The position numbers and the translations under genes are program-made. A DNA stretch of 64,000 nucleotides, taken from assembly GCA_050250895.1 (NCBI GenBank), contig JBFWNU010000013.1, positions 30,462 through 94,461 on the forward strand, written 5' to 3'. This document shows, one piece after another, positions 38,411 through 47,149 of the stretch (the first letter of the stretch is position 1; every line of letters begins with the position of its first letter). This DNA comes from Vulcanimicrobiota bacterium. Lineage in GTDB: Bacteria; Vulcanimicrobiota; Xenobia; Xenobiales; JADMJV01. A model generated the notes under the pieces. It did not search any database and was not told where the DNA came from. It saw only the letters and a list, made by a program, of their open reading frames with translations.

Positions 38411-39733
38411 ATGCGTCGACGGGGTTACGTGATTGGGTTGGCTTTGATGATCGTGATGATCGCCATGTTCCTGTCCACCGCCCTGCTATCCCGTCTAGAG
38501 AGTTTGCACCGCAGCGGGGTTTTCCTGGCGGGCTCGGCCCAGGAGGGGCTGACCGCCCACGCGGCCGCCGCGGTGGTGTTGGACAACCTCAACCAGCTGG
38601 GTAGCCTGGCGGCCGTCAACTTTCCGGTGACCGGGCAGGTCGAGGGGGTCGATTATCGGGCCGAACTCGTGCCCGACCCCGACCATCCCAACATCTTCCA
38701 CCTCACCGCCCAGGTCGGGGCCAGCCGCTATCACATGGTGCTGCATCAAGAGCCCGAAGTGCAAAATCTGGCCTATTCGCGCGTGCGCACCACCGAAGAC
38801 ACTTTCTTTACCTGGGATCTCTCCAGCGGCAGCTGGGTTCCCCTCCCCGATCCGCCCTCGTTGGGTTACTCTTCGGACCAGTGGCTGTCGCTCGAGAGCA
38901 CGGCCAACTTGAGCGGCGACTATTTCGTGGTGCGCGAGGTTACGGGGCTGACCAACGCCCTGTTCCAACACCACAAGGGCGACGGTTGGAAAGAGCTGCC
39001 CATGCCCGAAGGCTGGATCCCCAACGCTCTCAGCGACGTGCTGGCCGCCGACGAAAGCAAACTTTACGCCGTGGGCGCCGACAAGGTCAACGTCTACGAC
39101 CTCGAGAGCGAGACCTGGTCCGACGCTCCGGCTCCGCCAGCCCAAATCTACAACGCCGAGGGTGAACTGGTGCCCGTCGGCTCGGTTGGTCCCACCATGA
39201 CCCGGGTCTCGTCGCGCGACGGGCGACTGCTGCTCGAGCGGTCTTACTGGGTGGCTCCCGGCGGTACCCCCGACATGCCCGCTCCTGAAATCATGATGCA
39301 GAGTCATTCGACGCTGATGGTGCTCGACGGAACCGAATGGACGATCCTGCCGGCCCTGCAAAACTCCTACGGCAAGCTGGCCCGGGCCCAGAGCCTGGCC
39401 ATGGGTCCCAAGGGCGCGGTCATGGTCACCATGGCCGACGACGGTTACAAATTGCTGGCCCTGGATGCCGACCAGTGGAGCCCGACCCCCGAGCTGCCCG
39501 AACCGCTCAAGAGTGAGGGCGGCGAGCTGTTTGTCGACGCCGAGGGCCGGCCCTGGCTGTTCGGTGGCGGCGGTGGTCCGGGCGCGGCCAGCTCGAGCAG
39601 CCTCTATCGCGGCGACCTCGAGATGCAGGATTGGAGTTCTCAACCACTGCCCCCGGGTGAAAACGAAGAAGTGGAGATCGGGGGTTTTCCCGATGAGGCC
39701 CAGTCGGCTTTCCAGGCGACCGTGGGCTATTAG
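38411..39733 (+). CDS. PilX-like protein with C-terminal beta-propeller-like domain
   Basis: MRRRG-YVIGLALMIVM prepilin-like start; repeated W-x-x-L-P motifs. Confidence 0.7.
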   Translation: MRRRGYVIGLALMIVMIAMFLSTALLSRLESLHRSGVFLAGSAQEGLTAHAAAAVVLDNLNQLGSLAAVNFPVTGQVEGVDYRAELVPDPDHPNIFHLTAQVGASRYHMVLHQEPEVQNLAYSRVRTTEDTFFTWDLSSGSWVPLPDPPSLGYSSDQWLSLESTANLSGDYFVVREVTGLTNALFQHHKGDGWKELPMPEGWIPNALSDVLAADESKLYAVGADKVNVYDLESETWSDAPAPPAQIYNAEGELVPVGSVGPTMTRVSSRDGRLLLERSYWVAPGGTPDMPAPEIMMQSHSTLMVLDGTEWTILPALQNSYGKLARAQSLAMGPKGAVMVTMADDGYKLLALDADQWSPTPELPEPLKSEGGELFVDAEGRPWLFGGGGGPGAASSSSLYRGDLEMQDWSSQPLPPGENEEVEIGGFPDEAQSAFQATVGY

Positions 39734-40076
39734 CCTGCTCGAGTTGGTGATGGCCCTGGCCTTTTGCGGCCTGGCCTTGCTGGCGGTGGTGGGATTGCAG
39801 GCGCGCTATCAACAGGCGCTGGTGAAAGACGACCTGCGCAGCCAGGCCGAAGCCGTGGCCCAGTCGTTGCTGCAACGAGCCGAAGCCAGTCTGCGCACCG
39901 ACTTCGCGGTCAGCGTCGACCAGCCGCGCCAGCTGGTGGCCCCCGGATTCGAGGCCGAGGTGGCCAGCCAGCAACCCACTCCCGGCACCAAAAAGGTCGA
40001 AGTGACCGTGTATTTTCAGGATCGACAAGGAGCGCAGACGGCCCGTCTATGGTGCATCTACAGCGACAAGGAGTAA
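39693..40076 (+). CDS. PilV-like prepilin
   Basis: A-ISLLELVMALAF, KKVEVTVYF. Confidence 0.7.
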   Translation: MRPSRLSRRPWAISLLELVMALAFCGLALLAVVGLQARYQQALVKDDLRSQAEAVAQSLLQRAEASLRTDFAVSVDQPRQLVAPGFEAEVASQQPTPGTKKVEVTVYFQDRQGAQTARLWCIYSDKE

Positions 40077-40543
40077 CCCTGGTCGAGATGATGGTGGTGG
40101 CCGCCCTGATCACCCTGGTCATGGTGTTTCTGGCCCTGTCGTTGCGCCAATCTCAGGCCGCCCACCGCCACGGCGAGCAGACCGTCGACCAGCAGATGGC
40201 GCTGAAGCTGGCCCGGGTGCGCCTGACCAACCTGCTCTCGCAGGGCCGGGTCACCGCGCCGGCCAACGTGGGCGAGGTGGCCACCGAACTCGAGGTGGCC
40301 CGCTATCGTTACGCCGGAGACCTGATCGAGGTGGATGCCCAGGGCAACCCCCAGACCGACCCTCCGGTGCGGGTCGAGCTGGTTGATGGCACCCTCACCG
40401 AACAGGGCGCTTCAGGAGCGCAGGTGCTGAGCCGATTAGGCGACGAGGGCACCTTCACGGTCGAGCGACTGGGTCCCAACCTGGTCAGCTTCTCGGTGAC
40501 CTCAGGCCACCACAGCCTCTATCTCGAACTGGTCGCTCGCTGA
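40049..40543 (+). CDS. PilW/PulJ-like prepilin
   Basis: RQG-VTLVEMMVVAAL class III signal. Confidence 0.8.
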   Translation: MVHLQRQGVTLVEMMVVAALITLVMVFLALSLRQSQAAHRHGEQTVDQQMALKLARVRLTNLLSQGRVTAPANVGEVATELEVARYRYAGDLIEVDAQGNPQTDPPVRVELVDGTLTEQGASGAQVLSRLGDEGTFTVERLGPNLVSFSVTSGHHSLYLELVAR

Positions 40544-40574
40544 GGATTTAACAACCTCTTCGGGTTTCTCCAAG

Positions 40575-40601
40575 TAAAAATCCAAGTAGCCCCTTCGATA
40601 A
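40575..40601 (+). promoter_or_regulatory. Sigma28 (FliA)-like promoter
   Basis: TAAA-N15-TTCGATAA vs consensus TAAA-N15-GCCGATAA. Confidence 0.5.
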
Positions 40602-40634
40602 TCGGGACAACAAGTTCGAGGAGGAAACCCAAGC

Positions 40635-41504
40635 ATGTTCCCGATTTCGTCTCCATCCCAGGTCCATTTCGACTATCGCTACGACGCCTGTGCGCCGGCC
40701 CCGCCGTCGCCCTCACCGGTCAACTACCACGACCAGCTCGGTTGCAGCCCCCTGGGCCAGAGGCTCAACCTTTCGGATCAGCTGGCCTGTGGCTTCGGAG
40801 GCTTCAACGGCAACGACGTGCAGCTGGGCTGGGGCGGCCCCGGCAACGACTTCATCAGCCAGTGGGGAGGCCCCGGCCACGACTTTCAGTGGGCTGGCGG
40901 CGGTCGCGGCGATGACCAGATCGCCCAGCGCGGCGGCTGGGGCAACGACTTCCAGCTGGCGCGCGGAGGCCGGGGCGACGACCACATCCTCCAGCGCGGC
41001 GGCCGGGGCAACGACACCCAGCTGGCTCGCGGAGGCCGGGGCGACGACCACATCCTCCAGCGTGGCGGTCCCGGTCACGACCTGCAGTTTGCCGGCGGCG
41101 GTCGCGGTGATGATCACATCGTGCAGCGCGGAGGCCGGGGCAACGACGTGCAGTTCGCCCGCGGCGGTCGCGGTGACGACCACATCGTGCAGCGCGGCGG
41201 CCGCGGCAACGACCTGCAGGTGGCCCGGGGCGGACGCGGCGATGACCGCATCGTGCAGCGGGGCGGGGGCGGCAACGACCGCATCAACTATCGGGCCAGC
41301 CGGGGCCAGGACAAAGCCGTCATCAATGGTGGCAAAGGCGACGACCAGGCCGTCATCCGGGCCGGCAACAAGAACATGACCGTGGTCGACGGCAAAGGCA
41401 AGGTGCTCTATCAACAGGGCGAAGGCGGCAGCGTCGTCAAGGTCAAGAACGTCGAAGACCTCAAGGTGGTCGGCAAAGGCGGCAAGACCGTTTACCAGAG
41501 CTAG
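40635..41504 (+). CDS. RTX-like GGxGxD repeat protein (11-residue period)
   Basis: GAGGAGG RBS; about 17 tandem GGxG(N/D/H)D-x5 units. Confidence 0.85.
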   Translation: MFPISSPSQVHFDYRYDACAPAPPSPSPVNYHDQLGCSPLGQRLNLSDQLACGFGGFNGNDVQLGWGGPGNDFISQWGGPGHDFQWAGGGRGDDQIAQRGGWGNDFQLARGGRGDDHILQRGGRGNDTQLARGGRGDDHILQRGGPGHDLQFAGGGRGDDHIVQRGGRGNDVQFARGGRGDDHIVQRGGRGNDLQVARGGRGDDRIVQRGGGGNDRINYRASRGQDKAVINGGKGDDQAVIRAGNKNMTVVDGKGKVLYQQGEGGSVVKVKNVEDLKVVGKGGKTVYQS

Positions 41505-41537
41505 AGGTGCTGCCGTTTCCACCTGGAACGGTTGGCC

Positions 41538-43832
41538 ATGGCGCCCAGCATTCTCGTGCTCGAAGACAATGACGAGATGCGCCGCATCATGGCCGACGTG
41601 CTCGAGGCTCAGGGCTATCAGGTCACCGCCGTAGCCCGCGGCCTCGAGGCGGTCGAGGCGGCCGCCCAGGACCACTTCGACCTGATCGTGGCCGACATCG
41701 TGCTCGACGGCATGAATGGGCTCGAGGCGGTGGAAATGACCCGCCGTCATCAGCCCGAGATCGGCACCCTCATCGTCTCTGGCTATGCCACCCCCGAGAA
41801 CCTCAGTCGGGCCCGCGCCCTCAACACGGGCGGCATCCTGCGTAAGCCGTTCGAACTCAAGCAGTTCGTGGGTCTGGTGCAAGAGCAACTGGCTCACCGT
41901 CAGCGCGAAGAGCGCAGCGAAAGTACCGGCTCGAGCGCTCGCGACGATCTGTTGTGGGCCCTCGAGGCACTGGCGAGGGCGGCCGATGAGCCGGCCCGGG
42001 CGCAGAGCGCCGCCCAGATTCGAGGCCGGACCGAGCGACTCGCGCGGGCCGCCGGCCTGTCCGAGCAGGTGGCCCACGAGTTGGGCCTGGCGGCGGTGCT
42101 GGCCACCGGACTCGAGGTGCCCCCCGAGTTCTATCAAGACCACAGCCTGTTACCGGCTTTGAAGACCGCCCTGCGCCACCTGCACCATCCCTGGGACCTC
42201 GAGCTCACTCCCCCCCTGGAGGCCCGGGTGGTAGCGGTCACCAAAATGGCGGCCGAGAGCGACTGGGCCTCGGGACCCGAACTGGCCCGCCAACATCCGG
42301 GCCGGCTCGATCCCGAGCTGTTGCGGTTGTATCAGAATCTAGCCGACGAGCCAGTGGCCTCGCGGCCCCGCCCGGCGCCGGCCCAGCGCAGTCGCAACCT
42401 GCTCTCGCTGGCCCGGGCCCTGGTCGAGGTGGGCGACCACACCAGCGCCGAGCGCGCCTATCGCGAGGTGCTGGCCAGCGGAGTCACTCGCGAGGCGGTG
42501 CTGGCCCTGCTGGGTCTGGCCCGGCTAGGTCAGGCCGACGCCTCCGAGGCGGTGGCCCTGGCCCGCAAACTGGGCCCCGTACTCTTCGCCGAGACCTTGC
42601 TAGAAAGCGGCTTGCTGCTCTTTTCCCAGGGCCAGACCGAAGCCGCCGAGCGCTTACGCCAGGCCGCCACCGAACTCGACCGGCTCGGCCTTGAAGGCGG
42701 CCTGGCCCGGGCCGCGGTGGCCCTTTTGCGCCTGGGCGAGTCGCTGGCCAACCAGCGTCTCGGTGCCATTCTCGCAGCCCTGACCGACCCCCGCTACGCC
42801 GACGAGATCGGCGCCTCGGCCCACTGGCTGGTGGGCGAGGCCTTGCAGCTCTTGCCCTCGCTACCCCTCGAATGCCAGGCCCCGATCGCTCGCCTGGCCA
42901 GCCACTATCCCGACTACAGCCTGCAGGCTCTCGACCAGCTGCCCGGCCCTGCCAAACTGGCCCTGATAGCCCAATTCGAGCAGTACGCACCGCCCGAGCT
43001 GCTCGAACGCCTGGGCCGCGACCCCGACCCCGAAGTGCGACAGCAAGCCGCCCGACTGCACCAGACGACCGCTCCCACTCCGCTCATTCGGGTGCGCTCG
43101 TTTGGACTGTTCGAGGTCTTCGTGGGCGAAGAGCCCATCACCGAAAAGCAATGGAAGACCAAGAAGACCAAGTTCTTTCTGGCCTTTCTGGCCAGCCAGT
43201 GGGGTCGTCCCGTCTCGGAAGACCAGGTCATGGATGCCTTCTGGCCAGGCGACCGCAACAAGGGCAAGCAGAATCTCTATTGGGCCACTTCGGTGGCCCG
43301 CCGTTGCCTGCGGGTCGAGCCGGGTCCCGAGCTGCTCGAGCGGCGCCACGAGACGCTGCTGCTCAACCCCGAGGTGCCCCACTTTCACGACCTCGACGAG
43401 TTCGAGGCCGCCTATCAGGCCGGGCGCGAAGCCCAGTCGCAGGGCCGCGTTAGCCAGGCGCGGGCGGCTTATCGTCGCATGGGAGGCTACTACACGGCCA
43501 CCTACCTCGAAGGCTATTACCAGGATTGGGCCGTGCGCCGGCGCGACCAGGTCGAGCAGACGGCCCTCGACGGCTTCTGTCGCCTGGCCGAATGCAGCCT
43601 GGCCGAACAAGACCCGCGCGAGGCCTTAGAAGCCGCCTCGCGCGCCCTGGACCTTGACGCCTGTCGCCAGGAGGCTCATCTCTTAGCCATGCAGGCGTAT
43701 CTCGCGCTGGGCCAGCCCGAGGCCGCCATCGACCAGTTTCGGACCTGCGAACGGGCCCTGCGCGAAGAGTATGACATCGAGCCCAACACCTCGCTGCTCG
43801 AGGCCTATCAGCGGGCTCGCCTGCACTCTTAG
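41538..43832 (+). CDS. Response regulator: REC + TPR-like helical region + wHTH/BTAD (SARP-type) output
   Basis: ILVLEDN, LIVADIVLDGMNG, KPF; RVRSFGLFEV, DLDEFE, YLEGYYQDW, C-terminal ...EYDIEP. Confidence 0.88.
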   Translation: MAPSILVLEDNDEMRRIMADVLEAQGYQVTAVARGLEAVEAAAQDHFDLIVADIVLDGMNGLEAVEMTRRHQPEIGTLIVSGYATPENLSRARALNTGGILRKPFELKQFVGLVQEQLAHRQREERSESTGSSARDDLLWALEALARAADEPARAQSAAQIRGRTERLARAAGLSEQVAHELGLAAVLATGLEVPPEFYQDHSLLPALKTALRHLHHPWDLELTPPLEARVVAVTKMAAESDWASGPELARQHPGRLDPELLRLYQNLADEPVASRPRPAPAQRSRNLLSLARALVEVGDHTSAERAYREVLASGVTREAVLALLGLARLGQADASEAVALARKLGPVLFAETLLESGLLLFSQGQTEAAERLRQAATELDRLGLEGGLARAAVALLRLGESLANQRLGAILAALTDPRYADEIGASAHWLVGEALQLLPSLPLECQAPIARLASHYPDYSLQALDQLPGPAKLALIAQFEQYAPPELLERLGRDPDPEVRQQAARLHQTTAPTPLIRVRSFGLFEVFVGEEPITEKQWKTKKTKFFLAFLASQWGRPVSEDQVMDAFWPGDRNKGKQNLYWATSVARRCLRVEPGPELLERRHETLLLNPEVPHFHDLDEFEAAYQAGREAQSQGRVSQARAAYRRMGGYYTATYLEGYYQDWAVRRRDQVEQTALDGFCRLAECSLAEQDPREALEAASRALDLDACRQEAHLLAMQAYLALGQPEAAIDQFRTCERALREEYDIEPNTSLLEAYQRARLHS

Positions 43833-44611
43833 TGATGCCAGCGGCGCAGGTTCTTGGCCGCCTCGGCCGACAGCCCCAGGAGCGGAATGTCGTGTTCTAG
43901 CTGCTGAGCATCGCCGTGGCCGCCCAGATAGCCGTTGACCCGGGTCACCGCCGTCGAGTTGATGAAGTCGCGCAAGTTGGGATAAAGCCGCGTATACTCG
44001 CGGGCCACCTGGGGAGTCTGGCGCAGGTAATACTTCTGATGATAATCCTCGGCCAGGTGAAAGGTCATGGGCACCACCTCGACGGTCACCTTCTGGCCCA
44101 GCCGCGCCTCTATCGCCTGCTTGCTGGCCAGGGCCGCATCACGCTGGGCAGCAGTGTGATAGAGGATGAGGTTGGCGTACTGGCGCGAGTAGGGAGTCTC
44201 GGTCGGATCGACCTGGCTCCAGAAGAGTTCGAGCAACTCTTGATAGCTGACCACCTGGGGATCGAAATCGAGCTGGACCGACTCGGTGTGATCTTCGAGG
44301 TCGTGATAGGTCGGATGCTTGGCCCGACCGCCACCATAGCCGACGCGGGTTCTGAGCACTCCGGGGACACTCCCGAACCGGGAGTCAGGGCCCCAGAATC
44401 AGCCCAGGGCAAAGGTGGCTGTCTGAAAGTCGACGGGCGCGGCCTGGTCGATCTTGGGCAAGTCGTCGAGGGTGAACGAGCCGCTCAGCCCCTGAGGCGG
44501 ACGGCACACGCCCTCGGCGCAATCGTCGGGCTCGGCCCGGGCCAGGCGCCAGCCCACCGTAGCGGCCAGCACCAGCACCATGAGAAGAAGAGTCTTGGAA
44601 GTCGTGGTCAC
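43829..44611 (-). CDS. msrA: Peptide-methionine (S)-S-oxide reductase MsrA, selenocysteine-containing, with N-terminal signal
   Basis: In-frame ATFALG-TGA(44401-44399)-FWG matches GCFWG; TRVGYGGG, DHTESVQ, FHLAEDYHQKY; joins ORFs 44399-44683 and 43829-44359. Confidence 0.88.
44363..44394 (-). promoter_or_regulatory. Bacterial SECIS-like hairpin
   Basis: ACTCCCG-GTT-CGGGAGT stem-loop, apical G 20 nt 3' of the UGA, with GGGG/CCCC lower stem. Confidence 0.75.
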
Positions 44612-44624
44612 ATCACTGTAACGG

Positions 44625-45170
44625 TCAGACGCGGGCGGAAGTTCCCGGGATGGTATAACGCAGCTCGACCACGCCGTTCTCATAGGCGGTCACGTCTTTG
44701 AGATGCAGCGGCTGCTCGCGCGCGCCCCCGCCCAGCAGCGACACGCCGTCGCCCAGGGCGACCGGCAAGACCGACACGCGTAGCTCGTCAGCCAGCCCCA
44801 GCCGCAGAAACTCGCCGGCCACCTGAGCGCCGCCCACCACCCAGATGTTCTGACAACGCTCGCGCAGGTCGCTGGTGAACGCGCCCAGCTCGCCCCCATA
44901 GAAGCTGACGGTCGGACGGTGCTGGGGCAGCTCACGCCGGGTGAGCACGACCGTCGGGGTGTCGCCATAGACCCAGCCCAGCTTCAAGGCCAGCTCGTAG
45001 GTGTGCGAGCCCATCACATAGCTGTCGATGGTAGCCAGAAAGCCCTCGACATCGCCATAGCCCACGCCCTTTTCATAGCGGTCCGAGGTCTCGAACCAGT
45101 CGGTGGTGCCGTCGTGCTTGGCGATGAAGCCGTCGAGGCTCATGGCCATATGGATGGTGACCGTACTCAT
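44625..45170 (-). CDS. Dihydrofolate reductase family (RibD C-terminal) protein
   Basis: AMSLDGFIA, VMGSHTY, IWVVGG, DELRVSVLPVALGDG, GVVELRY. Confidence 0.9.
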   Translation of the reverse strand: MSTVTIHMAMSLDGFIAKHDGTTDWFETSDRYEKGVGYGDVEGFLATIDSYVMGSHTYELALKLGWVYGDTPTVVLTRRELPQHRPTVSFYGGELGAFTSDLRERCQNIWVVGGAQVAGEFLRLGLADELRVSVLPVALGDGVSLLGGGAREQPLHLKDVTAYENGVVELRYTIPGTSARV

Positions 45171-45308
45171 CGACCACCCTTCGGTCGGGGCCGCTCGCCT
45201 CCTACGCGGACTGACGAAAGCTATTTACAGTTTGTACACCAAACGGCAACAATCGGGGTCGGTTTTTCCAAGGATCTATTTTGTCGCCTCGGATAGAGTG
45301 GTGGCAAG

Positions 45309-45719
45309 ATGCAGGACACCAACGGACTACAATTTCGTCGCGATGTGCGGCTGCAAAAGCGCACCCGCTGCAAATGGCGCCCCAAAGACAGCCCCGTCTT
45401 CTCGGGCCAGGTTCGCCTCTGGGACGTGAGCCAGAGCGGCGCCTGCCTGCTGGTGGAGGGCGCGGTCGAAGTGGGCAGCCAGGCCGACCTGCTCTTGAAC
45501 GTCGGCTCGGGCTATGTCGGCACCCGTCTGGTGGTGCGCTGGAGCGTGCCCCACCCCGACGGCTTTCTGACCGGCGTCGAGTTTCTCTCGGTGTGCCAGC
45601 CCACCCAGCTCAAGCGCTGGCTCGACTCCGACCCCCGCTCGCAGCGCTGCGAAGACCCCTGCCCCAGCGACGACCTGCGCCGCTCGCTAGCCCGCTTTCT
45701 CACCGGCGCCGCCGCTTAG
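45309..45719 (+). CDS. PilZ domain protein
   Basis: RxxxR (RRDVR) and DVSQSGA c-di-GMP motifs, VVRW, GVEF. Confidence 0.8.
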   Translation: MQDTNGLQFRRDVRLQKRTRCKWRPKDSPVFSGQVRLWDVSQSGACLLVEGAVEVGSQADLLLNVGSGYVGTRLVVRWSVPHPDGFLTGVEFLSVCQPTQLKRWLDSDPRSQRCEDPCPSDDLRRSLARFLTGAAA

Positions 45720-45913
45720 CGTCGACACTTCCAGCTGGAAGATGGCCGCTTGGCACCGACTCGAGGACGAGGATTGGTTGAAGCCACCCTGTCAATTCGA
45801 CGGGCCCGATTTGCTCCTGCCGAACGCTTGTCTCGATTTTCGCGGCCAGGACCCACGGAGGGACCTCACCTGGGGTGGAGAACGGGAGGGAAAGTCCCGA
45901 AAGGAAGCCTCGT

Positions 45914-47149
45914 ATGCGACGCCTTCTAGCCCTACTTACCCTCGTGCTCTTCATCGGGTGCGGCAGCGACTTTGAGGACTTCCCAGCAGGCACTGGGGGA
46001 CCCACCGGTCCTCAAGCGGCCAACGACGCCTACCAGGCGCTGACCAGCGCCCCCATTACAGTGACGACCGGCCAGGGTGTGCTGCGTAACGACCCGATTC
46101 CGGCGCCCGTGACCGGCTTCACCAACCCCACCCAGGGCGGTACTGTTCAGGTCAACACCGATGGCTCGTTCAACTACACTCCCCTGGCCGGCTTTCAGGG
46201 AGCGGACACCTTCACCTACACGATCACCAACGGTGGCGGCCAGTCGACCGCCACGGTCACGGTGAACGTGGCCGGGACCGTGCGCTTCGTCGACAACACT
46301 GCCGCGCCGGGAGGCAACGGCGGGCTGAACAGTCGCTTTGACTCTCTGGCCGTGGCGCTGCTGGCTTCTGGGCCTGGCGACACGATTTTCATCTTTCGGG
46401 GTGACGGCACGAACAACAAGTATGCCGGCCCGGTGAACCTTCAGAACGGCCAGCGGTTGATCGGCGAGGGTAGCGGCCTGTTGCTGCGGACTGACGTGCT
46501 GGCCCAGACCGTCATTCCCCAGGGCGCCTTCCCGGTGTTGACCGGTCCGGTCACCATGGCGGATGGCTGCACGGTGCAGGGGCTTCGCATCGAGAACTCG
46601 CCTGGCGATGCCGTGACCGCCTCAGGCAGTGACGGTGGGTCGATTCTTGACTGTCAACTGGTAAACTCCGGCGACAACGGTATCGATATCGACCCGATCT
46701 TTGGTAACTGGTTCATCGAGCGGAATCTGATCAACCTAACCGGACCGCTCGGACAAGGCATCCTAGCAACGACTCGGTCAACACTACCGGCCGGATCCGA
46801 GGCGCGACTCGTGATAGCTGAAAACACCATTACCAACTGCACTGGTGAGGCTATTGCTCTAGCCGGCGAAGGCAACAACTCCTTCACCATACAGGCTCGA
46901 GACAATATGATGAGTGGGAATTTCGTCGGCGCAACGTTTGTCTGTGATGCTGGCGACCCTTCCGTCGTTTGTCTGGATATCTTTGGGAACGTCAACGACG
47001 ACGTCTACGAACTAACTCGAGTGAATACGGCAACGATCTTTCGAGTGGAGCAGCTTTCAATGTTCGAAGCTCTCAACTCAGGCGTCAGGACAACAAATCC
47101 TGGAGGGGTCCCGCCCACTGAAGCGCCTGAAGGGTTCTGCGGCTTCTAG
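45914..47149 (+). CDS. Lipoprotein with Ig-like (Big_9/cadherin-like) and right-handed beta-helix domains
   Basis: Lipobox FIGC; ANDAY..GVLRND..DGSFNYTP..DTFTYT; GDTIFI..GQRLIGEG. Confidence 0.8.
   Translation: MRRLLALLTLVLFIGCGSDFEDFPAGTGGPTGPQAANDAYQALTSAPITVTTGQGVLRNDPIPAPVTGFTNPTQGGTVQVNTDGSFNYTPLAGFQGADTFTYTITNGGGQSTATVTVNVAGTVRFVDNTAAPGGNGGLNSRFDSLAVALLASGPGDTIFIFRGDGTNNKYAGPVNLQNGQRLIGEGSGLLLRTDVLAQTVIPQGAFPVLTGPVTMADGCTVQGLRIENSPGDAVTASGSDGGSILDCQLVNSGDNGIDIDPIFGNWFIERNLINLTGPLGQGILATTRSTLPAGSEARLVIAENTITNCTGEAIALAGEGNNSFTIQARDNMMSGNFVGATFVCDAGDPSVVCLDIFGNVNDDVYELTRVNTATIFRVEQLSMFEALNSGVRTTNPGGVPPTEAPEGFCGF

Noticed and set aside
44399-44401. msrA as a nonsense pseudogene or two separate genes
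   Set aside because: The TGA falls exactly on the catalytic Cys codon, the frame is intact on both sides and a SECIS-like hairpin follows
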